Assembly (NCBI GenBank): GCA_964016885.1
Contig: OZ024742.1
Location: forward strand, 173,910,001-173,974,000
DNA: 64,000 nucleotides
DNA from: Eledone cirrhosa
Taxonomy: Eukaryota
Direction of reading: 5' to 3'
The translations under genes were made by a program, and so were the position numbers. The notes beneath the pieces were generated by a model. That model saw only the letters and a list, made by a program, of their open reading frames with translations. It had not been told where the DNA came from and made no database searches. Shown here one piece after another: positions 51,140-64,000 of the stretch. Positions within the stretch are counted from its first letter, which is position 1. Each line of letters begins with the position of its first letter.

Positions 51140-51251
51140 TTAAGAGTAGATGCATTTTTCCTCATAACTATTGTGGGTTGGTGGAGCAACGTCAGGAAGT
51201 TTTGTCTGGTCATAGTACAAGTGGTTCTGGCAGGACATGAACCAATGTTGC
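51140..51251 (-). CDS. Putative terminal coding exon of an unidentified host gene (QHWFMSCQNHLYYDQTKLPDVAPPTHNSYEEKCIYS*)
   Basis: Branch-like ctaat, acceptor tttcttaattctag|G, open to TAA; phase 2 matches exon 53199-53321; followed by repeat-poor, UTR-like DNA. Confidence 0.6.
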
Positions 51252-51689
51252 CTAGAATTAAGAAACCATATTAACCAATTAGCGAGACATTTCCCTTACA
51301 TTGACCTTCATCATAGACAATATAATAGGCGAAATACGAAAGGGGGAATTAATTCATTTACTGCTTTAACATTTAAGCCAATCAAATCAATAAATAATAC
51401 AATATATAAGAAGGAATTTTTCGATAAATTGCCTTTTCTTTAAAGTATGAATTCATCCCTTAATCTAATATAGTACTGATTCAATAAATGTGATCCATAG
51501 TGTTGTTCATGATTCACAAGATCCATTAGTGGATCAATCGTTGTAGATCCTTTGTGTTGCTTCATCATATATTGATCCCTTACCAGAATAATAATAATGA
51601 TTCAAGCAAGGCTTGTCAGTTATTATATCTGTATACAACACATACAGGTCATTAAACACAACTGATAATACAGGGATGTTAAACACAAG

Positions 51690-51924
51690 GATGGTGATGA
51701 TGATAACGATGTCGATGGTGATGTTGATGATGATGGTGATGATGATGGTGAAGATGATGACAGCGATGTTGATGACGATAATGGCAATGTTGATGATGAT
51801 GGTGATGGTGATGATGATGACAATGATGTTGATGATGATGAGGATGACGATGTTGACGATGATGGTGATGTTGAAAATGGTAGTGATGAGGATGAGGATG
51901 CTGATGGTGATTGAACATGGTGAT

Positions 51925-51960
<36 letters not shown>

Positions 51961-52090
51961 CGATGATGACAATGATGGCGATGACAAAGAAAACAACGAT
52001 GATGAAGGTGGTGGTGAGGTGGATGTAGAAGATGATGATAGTGATAATGATGGTGGTGGTGGTGGTGGTAATGATGATGACAATCATGAT
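51690..52090 (+). repeat. Degenerate (GAT)n/(GGT)n microsatellite
   Basis: Seen directly; source of the poly-M/H/S/D ORFs. Confidence 0.9.
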
Positions 52091-53198
52091 GCAGTAAAAG
52101 ACAATATTATTTTACACATTTCCCTTTGCTGTTCTGAAATGTGACAAAGTGAGTATGTTCTCTCTGAATTCCTTGATATCTGAAATCTAAATTGTTGTGA
52201 GAGTGTATTGGAAATCCAAGATAAGATAAACACATATTTATTCTATGTTGTACACAATGTATTGAATGATGGAGTCTGATAATTTACTCTTTTTTTTATA
52301 ACTGTGAAGCTGATACTGTGTATATATATATACATCACAGGATTGACTATAGCATATTCAAGATAAGAATGTAGATTAGGATTATATTTTTGTAACTATA
52401 CTAGCTTGATGTTCACTAGTTGCTAAGGTGATGAATGATTAGAAAGGTAGAAGAAAAGAAAAAGTGTAAGGAGAAGACATGAAATTAAAGTGTATTATGT
52501 AGAATAAAAGAATCTGACAGACACAGAAGAGAAAAATGTGACCTTTAGAGCTATATATCTTGAGGGAAGACAAACGTTTATAATCATTACAAAATTTCAA
52601 ATAAATACTAGAAACATTTTAATCTCATGCTTATGCCTTTGTCGTTGGTGTTGTTTAGCTACAGGACAGCTCTGATCAAGTAGACATATGATCAAATCTG
52701 CTCCAGATATGTCAATACCGTCTTTTTATAGAAAGTATATTATGCAATGTTTAAGGAGACTATCGTGTCTGAGTAGTTAAGAAGTTCACTTTGCAATCAT
52801 GAGGTCCCAAGATTCATTCCAGTGCATGGCATCTTGAGCTATTATCATAGCTTGGCTTGACTCATCTATGTGAGAGGAATTGGGAAGATGGAATCTGTGT
52901 GCAAGCCCATCAGAGTGATTATACCTTTAATTCAAAGATTTCACCTTGTCATATATTGAGAAACACTGATTTTTACTAAGAAATAAGTTAAGGGAATATG
53001 TTTGTAGAATACTCAGTCATATAGATGTTATGTCATGAGCCAGACACACAGTTGATCAAACAACTGTGTATTCATAATCAAAACTGATGGGTGATCTATT
53101 AATTAATGTGTACTTCTTTAAGATGGTTAGATGTGACTTGAAGGGAAGTTAACCATTTTTTTTTAGCAGGTCAAGTGACTATGTAGACAGTTTCTCAC

Positions 53199-53321
53199 TG
53201 GCTTGTATAATCATGTAACATCAGAATATCTCTGCGTTGTTTAATTTCATACCAATTACGTTTCAGAGAATAGTATGTCACAGTGAAATGGCGTATATCG
53301 TTTTGAGGATATGCTTGAAAA
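53199..53321 (-). CDS. Putative internal coding exon, 123 nt (FQAYPQNDIRHFTVTYYSLKRNWYEIKQRRDILMLHDYTS)
   Basis: cag|T acceptor, CA|gtgaga donor, open frame, phase 2-2. Confidence 0.6.
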
Positions 53322-54984
53322 CTGATTATTAAATTGGATTGTAAAACCTGAGTTTCAGCAAAGCTTAAATATAAGGTGACTGCTTGAAGTGATTGATCTT
53401 CAGTCATTAGTTAATTGCTACTATCCAAGTCTGTCTCAAGCCCAGGGATTCATTAAGCTGGTTACCTTGGATTAGATCATCTCCAGTTACTGCTGGTATT
53501 CATTTTCAGCTGAGAATACTGGTGCAACCTGAAATGAAGTATTTTGCTCAAGAACACAGCCCACAACCCAATCAAGGAATGAAACTTATGACATTATGAT
53601 CATGTCCATCAACCTAAACACTAGGCCATATACCTACTCCTTAAGAAATCCATTTAGACACCACCCCACCCAAACCATTTCCTTTTCCCAGTGTTTTAGA
53701 GGCTGGCATGAGATATCACCATCATCATCATATTAATTCAGGTCATCAGTTCTTAGTCAGAGCTACTGACCTCCTACTGGCCTGTATCTTAGTAACATAT
53801 ATACCACACTCCAAGAGTGTAAAGCATGAAATGTATCATGGCACCAGCACTGGGGAAGTTTGCCATGTCTTCAGCACAACTGAAGAGATTGCCTGACTCT
53901 TTGTTTGACAGATTTTCATCTGGTTGGATGCCCTTCCTACCAAGACCCCCTTACGGAATGCAGTGGTATATTTATCATGTAAATCTCCGACACTAGTGAA
54001 GTTGTTATACACTCAACACTACTGAAAAGTCTTCACAACACAACTTTTGGAAATAAATAAAACAGAATTTTGTCACTACTAACCATTTTGTTACCATATT
54101 TCTAATGAAAAACACTTATGGTGTCCAAAAAATATACAATTTGTACGGATTTAAAAATAAAAATAACTTTATAAATAATTTGGTGTTTGGAACATAACTT
54201 TAAAAAGGTTGTTATGGAAAATGATGATGGGAGGTTTCCAGATAAATATAAACGTATTAAAATTAACAGTTTTGTACTGTAGGGCCAGGGTGGCTTCAGA
54301 TAGTTTTGTATGAAAAGGGTTAAACAATGTGTGTTGATTTATTTTATTGTATTTCTATTTTTCTTTACAATTGACTTTTTTTTTAAAGCATTATATGATA
54401 AAATGGATAATCCATTAATTTGTATGATTCTATATGTTTGGTCAACAAAAGGGTCTAATGTGGTTAAAGTTTGCAGCTGAACATTCTACAAACATGTATA
54501 CCCTTAACAGATTTTTTATAGAGATTGAGTGTGATGCAATGTATGACAAGGCTGGAGACTTTTGAATTACACAGTTGCTGATACATTTCATTTGACAGGC
54601 CTTTAATTTTTGTCTATCCAATTTACTTCAAGGGGTTTAGATCAATCTGAGTCTATGTTAAAATACACTTGCCTAAGATACCACACACTGGGACAGAAGT
54701 GAGAACCTTCTGACTGTTAAGTTAACTTCATACCCATTCAACCATATTTCATTCAAAGTATTACTTCATGACACATGAAACTGTCTCTGTGTGATGTTTT
54801 AGTGTAGAAACATAGTTTGTGCAATTTTCCCAGGAAATTCTGTTTAACCAAATAGTAAATATTAATTATTCTTTCTATAAAATTCTATGCTCAACAATGT
54901 TATTGTTGAGACAAATAAAGTAAAATATATTACAATATATTATGGATGGTGGATAGGCAAGGCATTGAGAGTTCTCAACACCCT

Positions 54985-55140
54985 ATCGATGGTCTGGACA
55001 TGTGACTCATCACAATGAACCAGTTGGCAGAGTTCTTCTCTGGAAACCACATTACACCAAAGTCCTTGACGATGATATGGGTTTGGAAGCAAAGGAACTT
55101 CCCATGGCAATGCTGGAGGAAGAACTTTGGCAGTTAAATG
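54985..55140 (+). mobile_element. Possible RTE-like LINE 3' remnant
   Basis: SGHVTHHNEPVGRVLLWKP resembles RTE C-termini. Confidence 0.4.
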
Positions 55141-56440
55141 TATTAGAAACTTTGCCTTCTGATTTAAAGCTGCCTGAAACTACCCCTGATCTGTTTTATT
55201 AAAAGTGCTTATATTTATCAAAAGAACTTCCAGCATAATTTCGTTAACTTCGTTAAGTTATGTTCAAAACACTATCTTAATAATATGCAATGCAGCTTTA
55301 TAACTAAATCCCTTAAATATTCAATTCTTCAATATTATTTGAAAATTATAGACAGCAGCTTCCATTGTAAATATAGTTTAAATGTTTATAATTATCTAAA
55401 ATCATTTCATCATAACATTAGGTACACTATCATATGCTCCAAATACCAGCAATGAGAAAGTTCTATTACTAAATCTATCAAAATACTTGAATATTTTCAA
55501 ACTGATTTGAAATCAATACCCAAATTCTATCATTATTGTATAAATATGGTTAAATAAATAGTAAATAATATTTTTTCTAGAAGGCATGGTATTTTTTTTT
55601 TTTTTTTAGATCAAATATAAGAAAGTATATTTATTTATTTATGTATTTATTTAATTAATCAACATAGAGCTTGTCAGCCTTGACAGATTAGGGGAGGTAT
55701 CTAGTAACTTTTAAAGTTAAGAACTAAAAACAAGATAAACAGAGAGGTGAAAAGGGGGGAAGGCCAACAGGAGGCATGAGAAACCTAAAACAAACCAAGA
55801 AAATAAATGAAAACCGGAAAACACAGACAGCTGTAATGCAGCTAAAGGATGTTGTTATTGAATCTTTTGATAGCATCGATATATTCAACTATCTTTATAA
55901 TAGCTGGTAAATCTTTGACAATATATGACACTAATAAATAGGGACTGTATGCTAGATAATTAAAGCAATGTGGCCATCCAGAGTAGTCATCCCAGATATT
56001 CCATGGCAAATTCTTAAGCTGTGGATGTAGGACTATTTGTGAGTTAAGAAGTATCTACTATAAAATCAAAGAGGTTATATAAATTATCTTTGTTGGTGCC
56101 TGGGAACACATACAACAATTAGAAATTACATGTGACATAACAATAGCAGGTGGAGGTAACAGAATGGGAACTAATGGATTAGTCTCAGTAGGAAGAAATC
56201 ACGAAGAACAGTTGCAGATCTGCATGTTTGTAGTAGAACACACACACATACACCCCACCCCACACACACACACATACATTCATACATACATGTACAAACA
56301 TGAATACTCACATACTCACACATACATACATAAACATACCCATACATGTGCAAACAAAAATACGTATAAACATAAAGACACAAACACACAGTCATGTATG
56401 CATACATATATACATACACGGATATATATATACATGTATA

Positions 56441-56611
56441 ACAAAGTGCAGGGCAATAAAGATAGACGGTAGCCACAGAATAGGCAGACCTAGAAAAACC
56501 TGGGACGAGCTGATAAACTCCGACCTCACACACTTACACCTCTCCAAGACAATGTCACTGGACCGAGACCTTTGGCGGTACTCAGTAACAGAGAAGACCC
56601 GCCTTACCTAA
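56441..56611 (+). mobile_element. RTE-like LINE C-terminal fragment
   Basis: GRPRKTW..I..DL......DRDLWR motif typical of RTE ORF ends. Confidence 0.65.
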
Positions 56612-56754
56612 ATACATAGTAAAACCTACTACAGCCAGTAGGCATCTCTAACAAAATACACCCCGTCCCACCACCCCCACCCCATCCACACCACCCTCGT
56701 TCTATGTAAAGTTATGTTGGTGCCGCGCCATCCAGGCCGAAACAAATGAGATCG

Positions 56755-57006
56755 TGTAGGTGTCACGACAAAAAAACACACAGTCCACGCTGTAATGTGG
56801 CCGTGTAGGCAACACGGTAAAAACCTCCCAGACCCACACTGTAAATGTGGTTGGTGTTAGGAAGGGCATCCAACTGTAGAAAACCTGCCAGACAGTCCTA
56901 TGCGAGCAAGACAATCACTCTTGCCTCAAGTGGGAATACCCCCGTCCAAACCCATGCAAGCGTGGAACACGGACGTTAAACGTTGATGATGATGATGATG
57001 ATGATG
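56755..57006 (+). mobile_element. (GAT)n-tailed Meta-like SINE 3' part
   Basis: ggttggtgttaggaagggcatccaactgtagaaa ... ggacgttaaacg(ttgatg)n. Confidence 0.75.
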
Positions 57007-57014
57007 GGTGTAAG

Positions 57015-57129
57015 CATATGTATGCATACATATATCACGCACATACATGCATACATATAAACACACATACAACACATACATATGTGCATACACACATACA
57101 CATGCATACACACATATATACATACATAA

Positions 57130-57182
<53 letters not shown>

Positions 57183-57240
57183 TACATACACACACATACA
57201 ACACACATATATACATACAAACATACACATGCATACATAT
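57015..57240 (+). repeat. (CA)n/(CATA)n compound microsatellite
   Basis: Seen directly. Confidence 0.9.
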
Positions 57241-57851
57241 GTTCCACACATTTCTTCGATGGATGCTTGTACTAGGAACATCTGCATCACTAATACGAAT
57301 ATATAAATGTAGACATACAATGTGATAAGGGTCACAGCTCAGAGCAATAATTACTTGAAGTCAAAGAGTGAAATTTTTAGAGGATGCCTTCATCTCAAAA
57401 GCCAATTGCTTGCTATGTGAAAATACTCAACAAATTCGACTGATTTTCAACCACCTTAAATTGATTTATATACTTTCTTAATAACGTTTCTTTATCTTTC
57501 TTCTTCTAAACCTACCATAACACCTTCTATATTACTCCATACTTTAATAGATATTACCATCTCTATATCACATGCCACCATAGAATACCACATATCTGCT
57601 ATACCCCCATGAATAATAACACCAGTATGATGTTGCTATTTCAAATTTATATCTTGGGGTTATTTCCCTTTGTTATAATACATGTTTTGTAAACTAGTGT
57701 TTTAGCACACATTACTTTAAACGGTATTGAATAAACTCATATATGCACCTGAAGACTAGGCTACAATTTTCATCCTACTTACATTCTGGAGATATAGTCA
57801 ATTGTGGGCGCCTTGAAATCTTAGGTAGTGCTTTTTTTCAATATATGAACA

Positions 57852-58042
57852 TAAATAAATAATTGTTTCTACTTTTGGCACAAGGCCAGCAATAACCCAG
57901 TACATTACTGGTACTTGATTTTATCGACCCCGTAAGGATGAAAGGCAAAGTTAACCTCGGCGGCGGGATTTGAACTCAGAATGGCACTCAATGCGTCAAA
58001 GCATGGCGTCCGACCCTCTACCGATACTGCCAATCCACCGCC
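57852..58042 (-). mobile_element. Full Deu/Nin-like tRNA SINE
   Basis: Reverse complement of the 23631-23837 type. Confidence 0.85.
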
Positions 58043-58914
58043 TTGAATGAACATAAATAAATAATATAATATACTAGACCACCTGTAACCCATCGGGTCA
58101 TGTTCGCTTAAGAATATTTTTAAAAAATCATATTCACTTAAAATAATGTTTAAATAATTAAAATATACTCAGACATGTATATAGAGTAAAATGAAATTGG
58201 AAGGCCCATATATATGTGTGTGTGTGTATACATATATATATGTGTGTGTGTGTATATTTATATATATGTGGGTGTCTGTGACCTATATACACTGGTCACA
58301 CAAACACACACACACACATATATATATATATCATCATCATCATCATCATCATTGTTTAACATCCATCTTTCACGCTAGCATGGGTTAGACGGTTTTGTTC
58401 CATTTGATGCGGGATTGGTCGGCAGACCATGTCTCGCTTGCATGGAAGCGTCTCTGGCAGGTTTTTTACAACTGGATGCCCTTTCTACATATATATACAC
58501 AACACCACCAGCTCTCTCTCACTTCCATTTTCCTTCTCTCTGTATCTTTATGTCTCTCCTTTAATCTACTCTCTCACAACCACTATCTTTCTTTCTCTCT
58601 CTATATATATATGAAGGTACCTGTAAAAACCCTGTATCTCAGGAACCCATGCTCCAATTTATGCAAAACTTGTTTTATTTTATTTGTATTCCCATTTTAG
58701 GGGCAACTTCCTTTCAAAGTATTTTCCGATTATGCACCATTTTGGCTGTATTTAATTACAGACAAGACACAATCACAGAGTTTTAGTAGTATATTAATAG
58801 ATATCAGCTCTCTTCTCGATTGAGCACTGTTTTCCTTTTTCAGACCATTGGGTATTTTGACATGCACATAAATAAAAATATTCAAATATAGATACACACA
58901 TGCACACATACCCC

Positions 58915-59232
58915 TGGGCTTACAATCCTGACGTTATGAGTTTGATTCTTGGACTGGGCTTTGTGTTGTGTTCTTGAGCAAGACAGTTTATTTCACTTTG
59001 TTCCAGTTTACTCAGATGTAGAAATGGGTTGCGACGTGACTGGTGCCAAGCCGTATCAGCCTTTGACTTTACCTTGGATAACATCAGTGGCATGGAGAAG
59101 GGAGACCAGTATGTATGGGCACTGCTAGTCTTCCATAACCAAACTTGCTTGGACTTGTGCCTCGGAGGGGAACTTTCTAGGTGCAAATCCCATGGTCATT
59201 TGTGACTGGAGGGGGTCTTTACCCTTACCCTT
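58915..59232 (+). mobile_element. tRNA/CORE-like SINE with a different 3' region
   Basis: gagtttgattc, ttgtgttcttgagcaagacag, ends gggggtctttacccttaccc. Confidence 0.65.
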
Positions 59233-59652
59233 TTATATATAGTTATTAAGGTCAGTTACTACAACAGCACCATACCAGTTGCATACATTTTGTTAGCCCT
59301 GAGGAACAGCTTGTATAACCTGTGCTGGTGCAAATGATGCACTCATATATCATATCTATTTTTACTGGAAATTAATCACAAATGTTGATATGTTTGAAAG
59401 TTAGAAATATGTTGGTTGCATTAGCAGAAGTGTTGCAGATTTTGATAATTATCTTGGGGAGGTGGAATGGATGATGATGATGATGATGATGGAGGTGTGT
59501 GGGGGGGGGGGGGCAGGAGTAGGAGATATTAAGATTAATAACAGCACCAGTTGTTTATGCAGTGTATGTGTGATTTAGTATTACCTATTGTTATATCATA
59601 ATTTGAAATTAAAACTATCTTAATTCACATCCATTATACCTATTTCATATCC

Positions 59653-59820
59653 ACTATCTTTAGTTCAAATCTCCTATCTTTAGTTCAAATCTCCTATCTT
59701 TAGTTCAAATCTCCTATCTTTAGTTCAAATCTCCTATCTTCAGTTCAAATCTCCTATCTTCAGTTCAAATTCCCTATTTCCAGTTCAAATTTACTATCCT
59801 CTGTCAAATCCATTATCTTC
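59653..59820 (+). repeat. Minisatellite, 20-bp unit x~7
   Basis: ctatctttagttcaaatctc repeated, decaying rightwards. Confidence 0.9.
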
Positions 59821-61165
59821 GGCTCAGATTTTCTGTGCTTATGCCTAAATTAAAAATCTTTATTTAATTTAGTGTTTGGAACATAACTTAACAAATGTTC
59901 TTACATAGAATTATGATGGAAGGTTTTTCTGTGATTAAAACAATAATTGTTTTAATTACAGAATAATGGTAGTTCCAGATAGTTTGGTATCAAAAGTATT
60001 AAATTTGACGTTAGATTCCAAATATGAAATGAACTGATCTTCAGCTGAGCCCATGGAAGCTATATTGCCACTGATCTTTCTAATGTTGATACTAACTGCC
60101 TTTTGCAACACTGGCCAGGAACAGGTAGGATTTGAACTCAGAATGCAAAGATGAGATACTGCAACGCATCCTATCAGACCCCACTAATCCATCCTCTGAC
60201 TCTTGTTGGACTGGTAATTCATCCACCACCCGAAAGAATAAAAGTCAAAGTTGACTTCAGAGCGATTTGAACGCAGAGCATAGAGAGCCAGAAAAAATAT
60301 GGCAAAGCATTTAATCCAGCACTCTAATGGCTCTGCCAATTCATCATCTTAGTTTCTCATTGTCTATAATTTTCTCAAAATAAACTATTTCCGGAAATAT
60401 ATTAACTAAAGTTTTACTTGTACCAGACACAATATTATTTCATGGTTTTATTTTGTTATTTCTTTGTTTTGTATATTATTAATATTATTTTTGTTGTTTA
60501 TTTTTCAATATTCCTATCTTTTGACATTGATCTACAATAATTTAAAATATCTCTCTAATTAGAAAGAAATTTTTATTTAAAGTAAAATTTTGTGATTATT
60601 CAAATTTGTTTTTCTTCAGTGTGTTCTATTTATGTTTTTAACATGGATTCTCAAATTAATTATAGGTTTGTCCAATTTCCTCAACACTTGGCGTTTGATC
60701 AATTCTTTTTGTGGTAGCAGAAAACAAATCCCAACATCAACAACAGTTTATTTGCTGAAAAGGTTTATAATTTGGTAAATTACTATTTTGATTTTGATTT
60801 TTAAAAAACAATTTGTTATTTTGATTGATGTTAGAGATACGGTTTGGAAAATATAGAATCATTTATTGAACAACATAGGATAAACAAACCACTTCAACAA
60901 AATTTATTAAGAGAAACTGTTTTTTTACAATGAAGTTTTATTGGCAGCCAAACTTGTTATCTACTATATAGTCAACCCACATCTTATGCAGTCGACTAGA
61001 TCCCCCAAAACACACTCATTATTTGAAAACCATGTTTCAAATCCCATATATAAAAGTGCCTTTCAATATCAATGTTTTGGAGAAGATATAATGTCAGCTT
61101 CTCTGGAGGTTGTGAATTCTCAAAGAAAGATTGATGGTGATAACAGTTAATGTTTTCTTACTTAC

Positions 61166-61213
61166 ATCAGTTGATTCAACTTCGTGTGGAAAAACGCATT
61201 AAGAATTTCACAG
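61166..61213 (-). CDS. Putative small coding exon, 48 nt (CEILNAFFHTKLNQL)
   Basis: aaacag| acceptor, AT|gtaagt donor; phase 2 joins in frame to exon 53199-53321. Confidence 0.45.
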
Positions 61214-61823
61214 CTGTTTTAAATTATTGAAAGACATTATTTATACAATCCTCTATTTCACAAAATTGTACTATTTAAAACTGTAAAATGTATGCCAAGT
61301 GTATATGCTTCAACTGAAGATCAGCCATCCAGAAACAAAAAAACAAACAAAAAGAAACAGGTAAATTGCAAACATTAGAACTATATTTTTCTCGTTTCAA
61401 CACCTTTTTTATCCTGACATTATAGATTAGATGTGCCAAAACTGGAGTCAGTTTCATAGAATCAGGAATATACAGTTTTATAGCTATTTATTCTTTCTGA
61501 GAAAACTTGCAGATAGCCAAGGGACTGACAGATTATACTCTATCATTGTTACTGGTAGCAATTTGCTAGAACTTAAGATTAAAAGATTAATAATATGTAT
61601 GCTGAGACTATATGTTCTGAATTCAAATCACCATACAGTCAACTATTCGAGGTCAATAGAATTAAAAACTAGTTCTGTTTGGTGGTTTGTCAGAATACTT
61701 AGAGCATCAGACAGGTTATAATATTGGTTTTAAGCTCTTAGTATTCTGAGTTCAAATTCTGCTGATGCCTACATGGGTGTCAGACTTAATCTCTTGTCTG
61801 GTATAACACAACTACCTGGTCTA

Positions 61824-61876
61824 ACACAACTTTTGATGAGGGCCCAATTAGGTCTGAAAACCGATTAAAAGTGTTT
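61824..61876 (+). ncRNA. Degenerate type I hammerhead ribozyme-like motif, copy 1
   Basis: acacaactt-TTGATGA-gggcccaattaggtct-GAAA-accgaTTA-aaagtgt. Confidence 0.5.
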
Positions 61877-62684
61877 ATCATTTGGGAAATTTGTATTTTC
61901 TGGCATGTTTACATACCTACATATTAAATATGTGTATATTTGTATATACACTGGCACACTATAGGTGATCCACTCTCTATGTATACAGATATAACTTTAT
62001 CATGCACTTCAATTGCAAGCACACTTCTTTAGTATGTTCCTTTCAGAATAACACTACAAGCAAATGAATATGTGGTAATGAAGAATCCTTGTTGGATAGT
62101 TTATCAATATAGACGTAAGGGAAAGTCCCTCGTCTATTTACCATTTTCGTAAGTGAGAGGATAGGTACTCCATAGAATTATAACAAGTGAGTGGGTGTGT
62201 GTGTAGACAAGATAATAACCACAACAAGAGTTCTATTCAACAATGTAAATAAGGATGATGTTTATTTTGTCTATTATGTGTTTGTTATATTACAAATGAA
62301 ACAACATACCAATATAGACGTGATCAGTTGAAATGAAGGCAACGTATTACGATTGTCGTGGGTCACCAATGTAACGCCCACGTCTGGGTCACCAATGTGA
62401 CGGGACCAGTAAAGTGAAATTGGTTATGAGCCAGTACTCGGCCAACACTATCCTTGTGGTTTCGGCATAGGAGTTCAGTGTATTGACATCTGTGTGATGT
62501 CGTGGTCCAAAGGCTGTCTCCGTGGCTTGTCTGAGAAAGTAATACTGCTGCTTACTTAAATAGTGTTCTCAACCAGGCGGAGACAACTAGGTCTGGTCCA
62601 GTACCGACAGGGGGGCGTAAGGCGTCTTACTACAAATATATAAGCCCAGCAAAAATGTGTTTCCTTTTGTTTTGGATGATATGC

Positions 62685-62733
62685 ACACCTTCTGATGAGG
62701 GTCTAATTAGGCCCCAAAATAGATTAAATGTGT
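62685..62733 (+). ncRNA. Degenerate type I hammerhead ribozyme-like motif, copy 2
   Basis: acacctt-CTGATGA-gggtct aatt aggccc-CAAA-atagaTTA-aatgtgt. Confidence 0.5.
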
Positions 62734-62811
62734 TTATCATTTTATTCAATTTACAGGGAAATTTGTATTTTCTGGAATGTGTACATGCCTACGTATTACA
62801 TATGGAAATAA

Positions 62812-62933
<122 letters not shown>

Positions 62934-63640
62934 CGCACACACATTAATCCAGTCTCAGTTACCTTCTCTGTATAGACACAGATATAACTTTATTATCACT
63001 TCGGCAGCTAGCATAATTTGTAATAAATAAATATATATACGTATATATATATGTAGAAGGGACATATTAATAACTCATAACATTGCTTGTATCCATATAT
63101 AAAGATTTTGGCGGTGAATCAAGTGAATAGTCTAACATGACAGTTTGTAACACCATATGTTAATAACATATTTTATGTTGCAGAATTTGTTATTGAAAAA
63201 CTACAGAAAATGTTCTAAATCTGGAAGAATGTTCCATAGTTAATAGTTTAAAAGGTCAGCATTGCAAAGAACAAACTTTTAGTTGATAATAGAGACCACA
63301 GAATCTTAGTCCCATGTGAGAACTGGCTCTGCTTTACATGTTATTTAGATTCTCAGTTTGTTTTAACTATTATAGAGAACTTATGAATTTAGAGTAAAAT
63401 TTTCTGTCATTTTTTTGTCATCTTATTTCTAATTTGTTGTTAATTTAATTTTTCGAAGTCATCAGAATGTGGCCATGCTTTGTCAGTAAATTAAATGGCC
63501 TTAGTCAACCATATTTCTCCAGTACTTATTTTTCAATTTAGGAACTTATTCTATCAATCTCATTTTGTCAAAAACCTAAGTTACCGGATGCAAACACATA
63601 AAAAACATAAACACAGAGACACAACAACATACATAGCTAC

Positions 63641-64000
63641 ATCATCATCATCATCATCATCATCAGCATCATCATCATTTTACGTCTGCTTTTCCCTGCT
63701 TTGAAGGGTGGGATGGGAACTCATTAAATTGGCTTGATTTCTACAGCTGGATGCCCTTCCTAACACCAACCTCATTTACAGTGAGTGCTGGGTGCTTTTT
63801 TGCCGTGGCACCTCCACGACCACTTTGCAGTGGAATTATATGGACCCCAGTCCCTATCATCTCATTTCTACAGCTGAGTAAACTGGAGCAATGTGAAATA
63901 AAGTGTCTTGCTCAAGGAAACAACACATCACCCGGTCTGAGAATTGAACTCACAACCTTTCGATTGCAAGGCCAATGCTCTAACCACTCTAACCACACAT
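63641..64000 (-). mobile_element. tRNA-derived CORE/Meta-like SINE with (GAT)n tail
   Basis: Reverse complement of 19797-20196, lacking one internal duplication. Confidence 0.85.

Noticed and set aside
51613-52144. Poly-M/H/S/D ORFs (also the His/Thr- and Cys/Val-rich ORFs at 56164-57335)
   Set aside because: Translations of microsatellites
60941-61150. + strand 69-aa ORF as a host exon
   Set aside because: Non-ATG start, no convincing splice sites and no recognisable motif

Overview
Eukaryotic, AT-rich genomic DNA; the SINE types and microsatellite style suggest a cephalopod, probably Octopus (inference). Bases 1-43,000 are a dense chain of non-LTR retrotransposons, mostly joined through (ATT)n tracts. 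The chain holds seven L1/Tx1-clade LINEs on the + strand from several ORF1 lineages (one fully intact, 7087-12947), three R4/Dong-type RT-RLE elements on the - strand, and tRNA-derived SINEs on the + strand. The SINEs share a 3' CUUGU stem-loop and an (ATT)n tail with the Tx1 elements. The cluster ends in an inverted Tx1 5' fragment. Bases 43,000-64,000 are mostly intronic or intergenic DNA with SINEs, old LINE remnants, mini- and microsatellites, three phase-compatible - strand exons of an unidentified host gene ending in CIYS-stop, and two direct repeats carrying degenerate hammerhead ribozyme cores. Most short ORFs in the supplied track are antisense or microsatellite artefacts.
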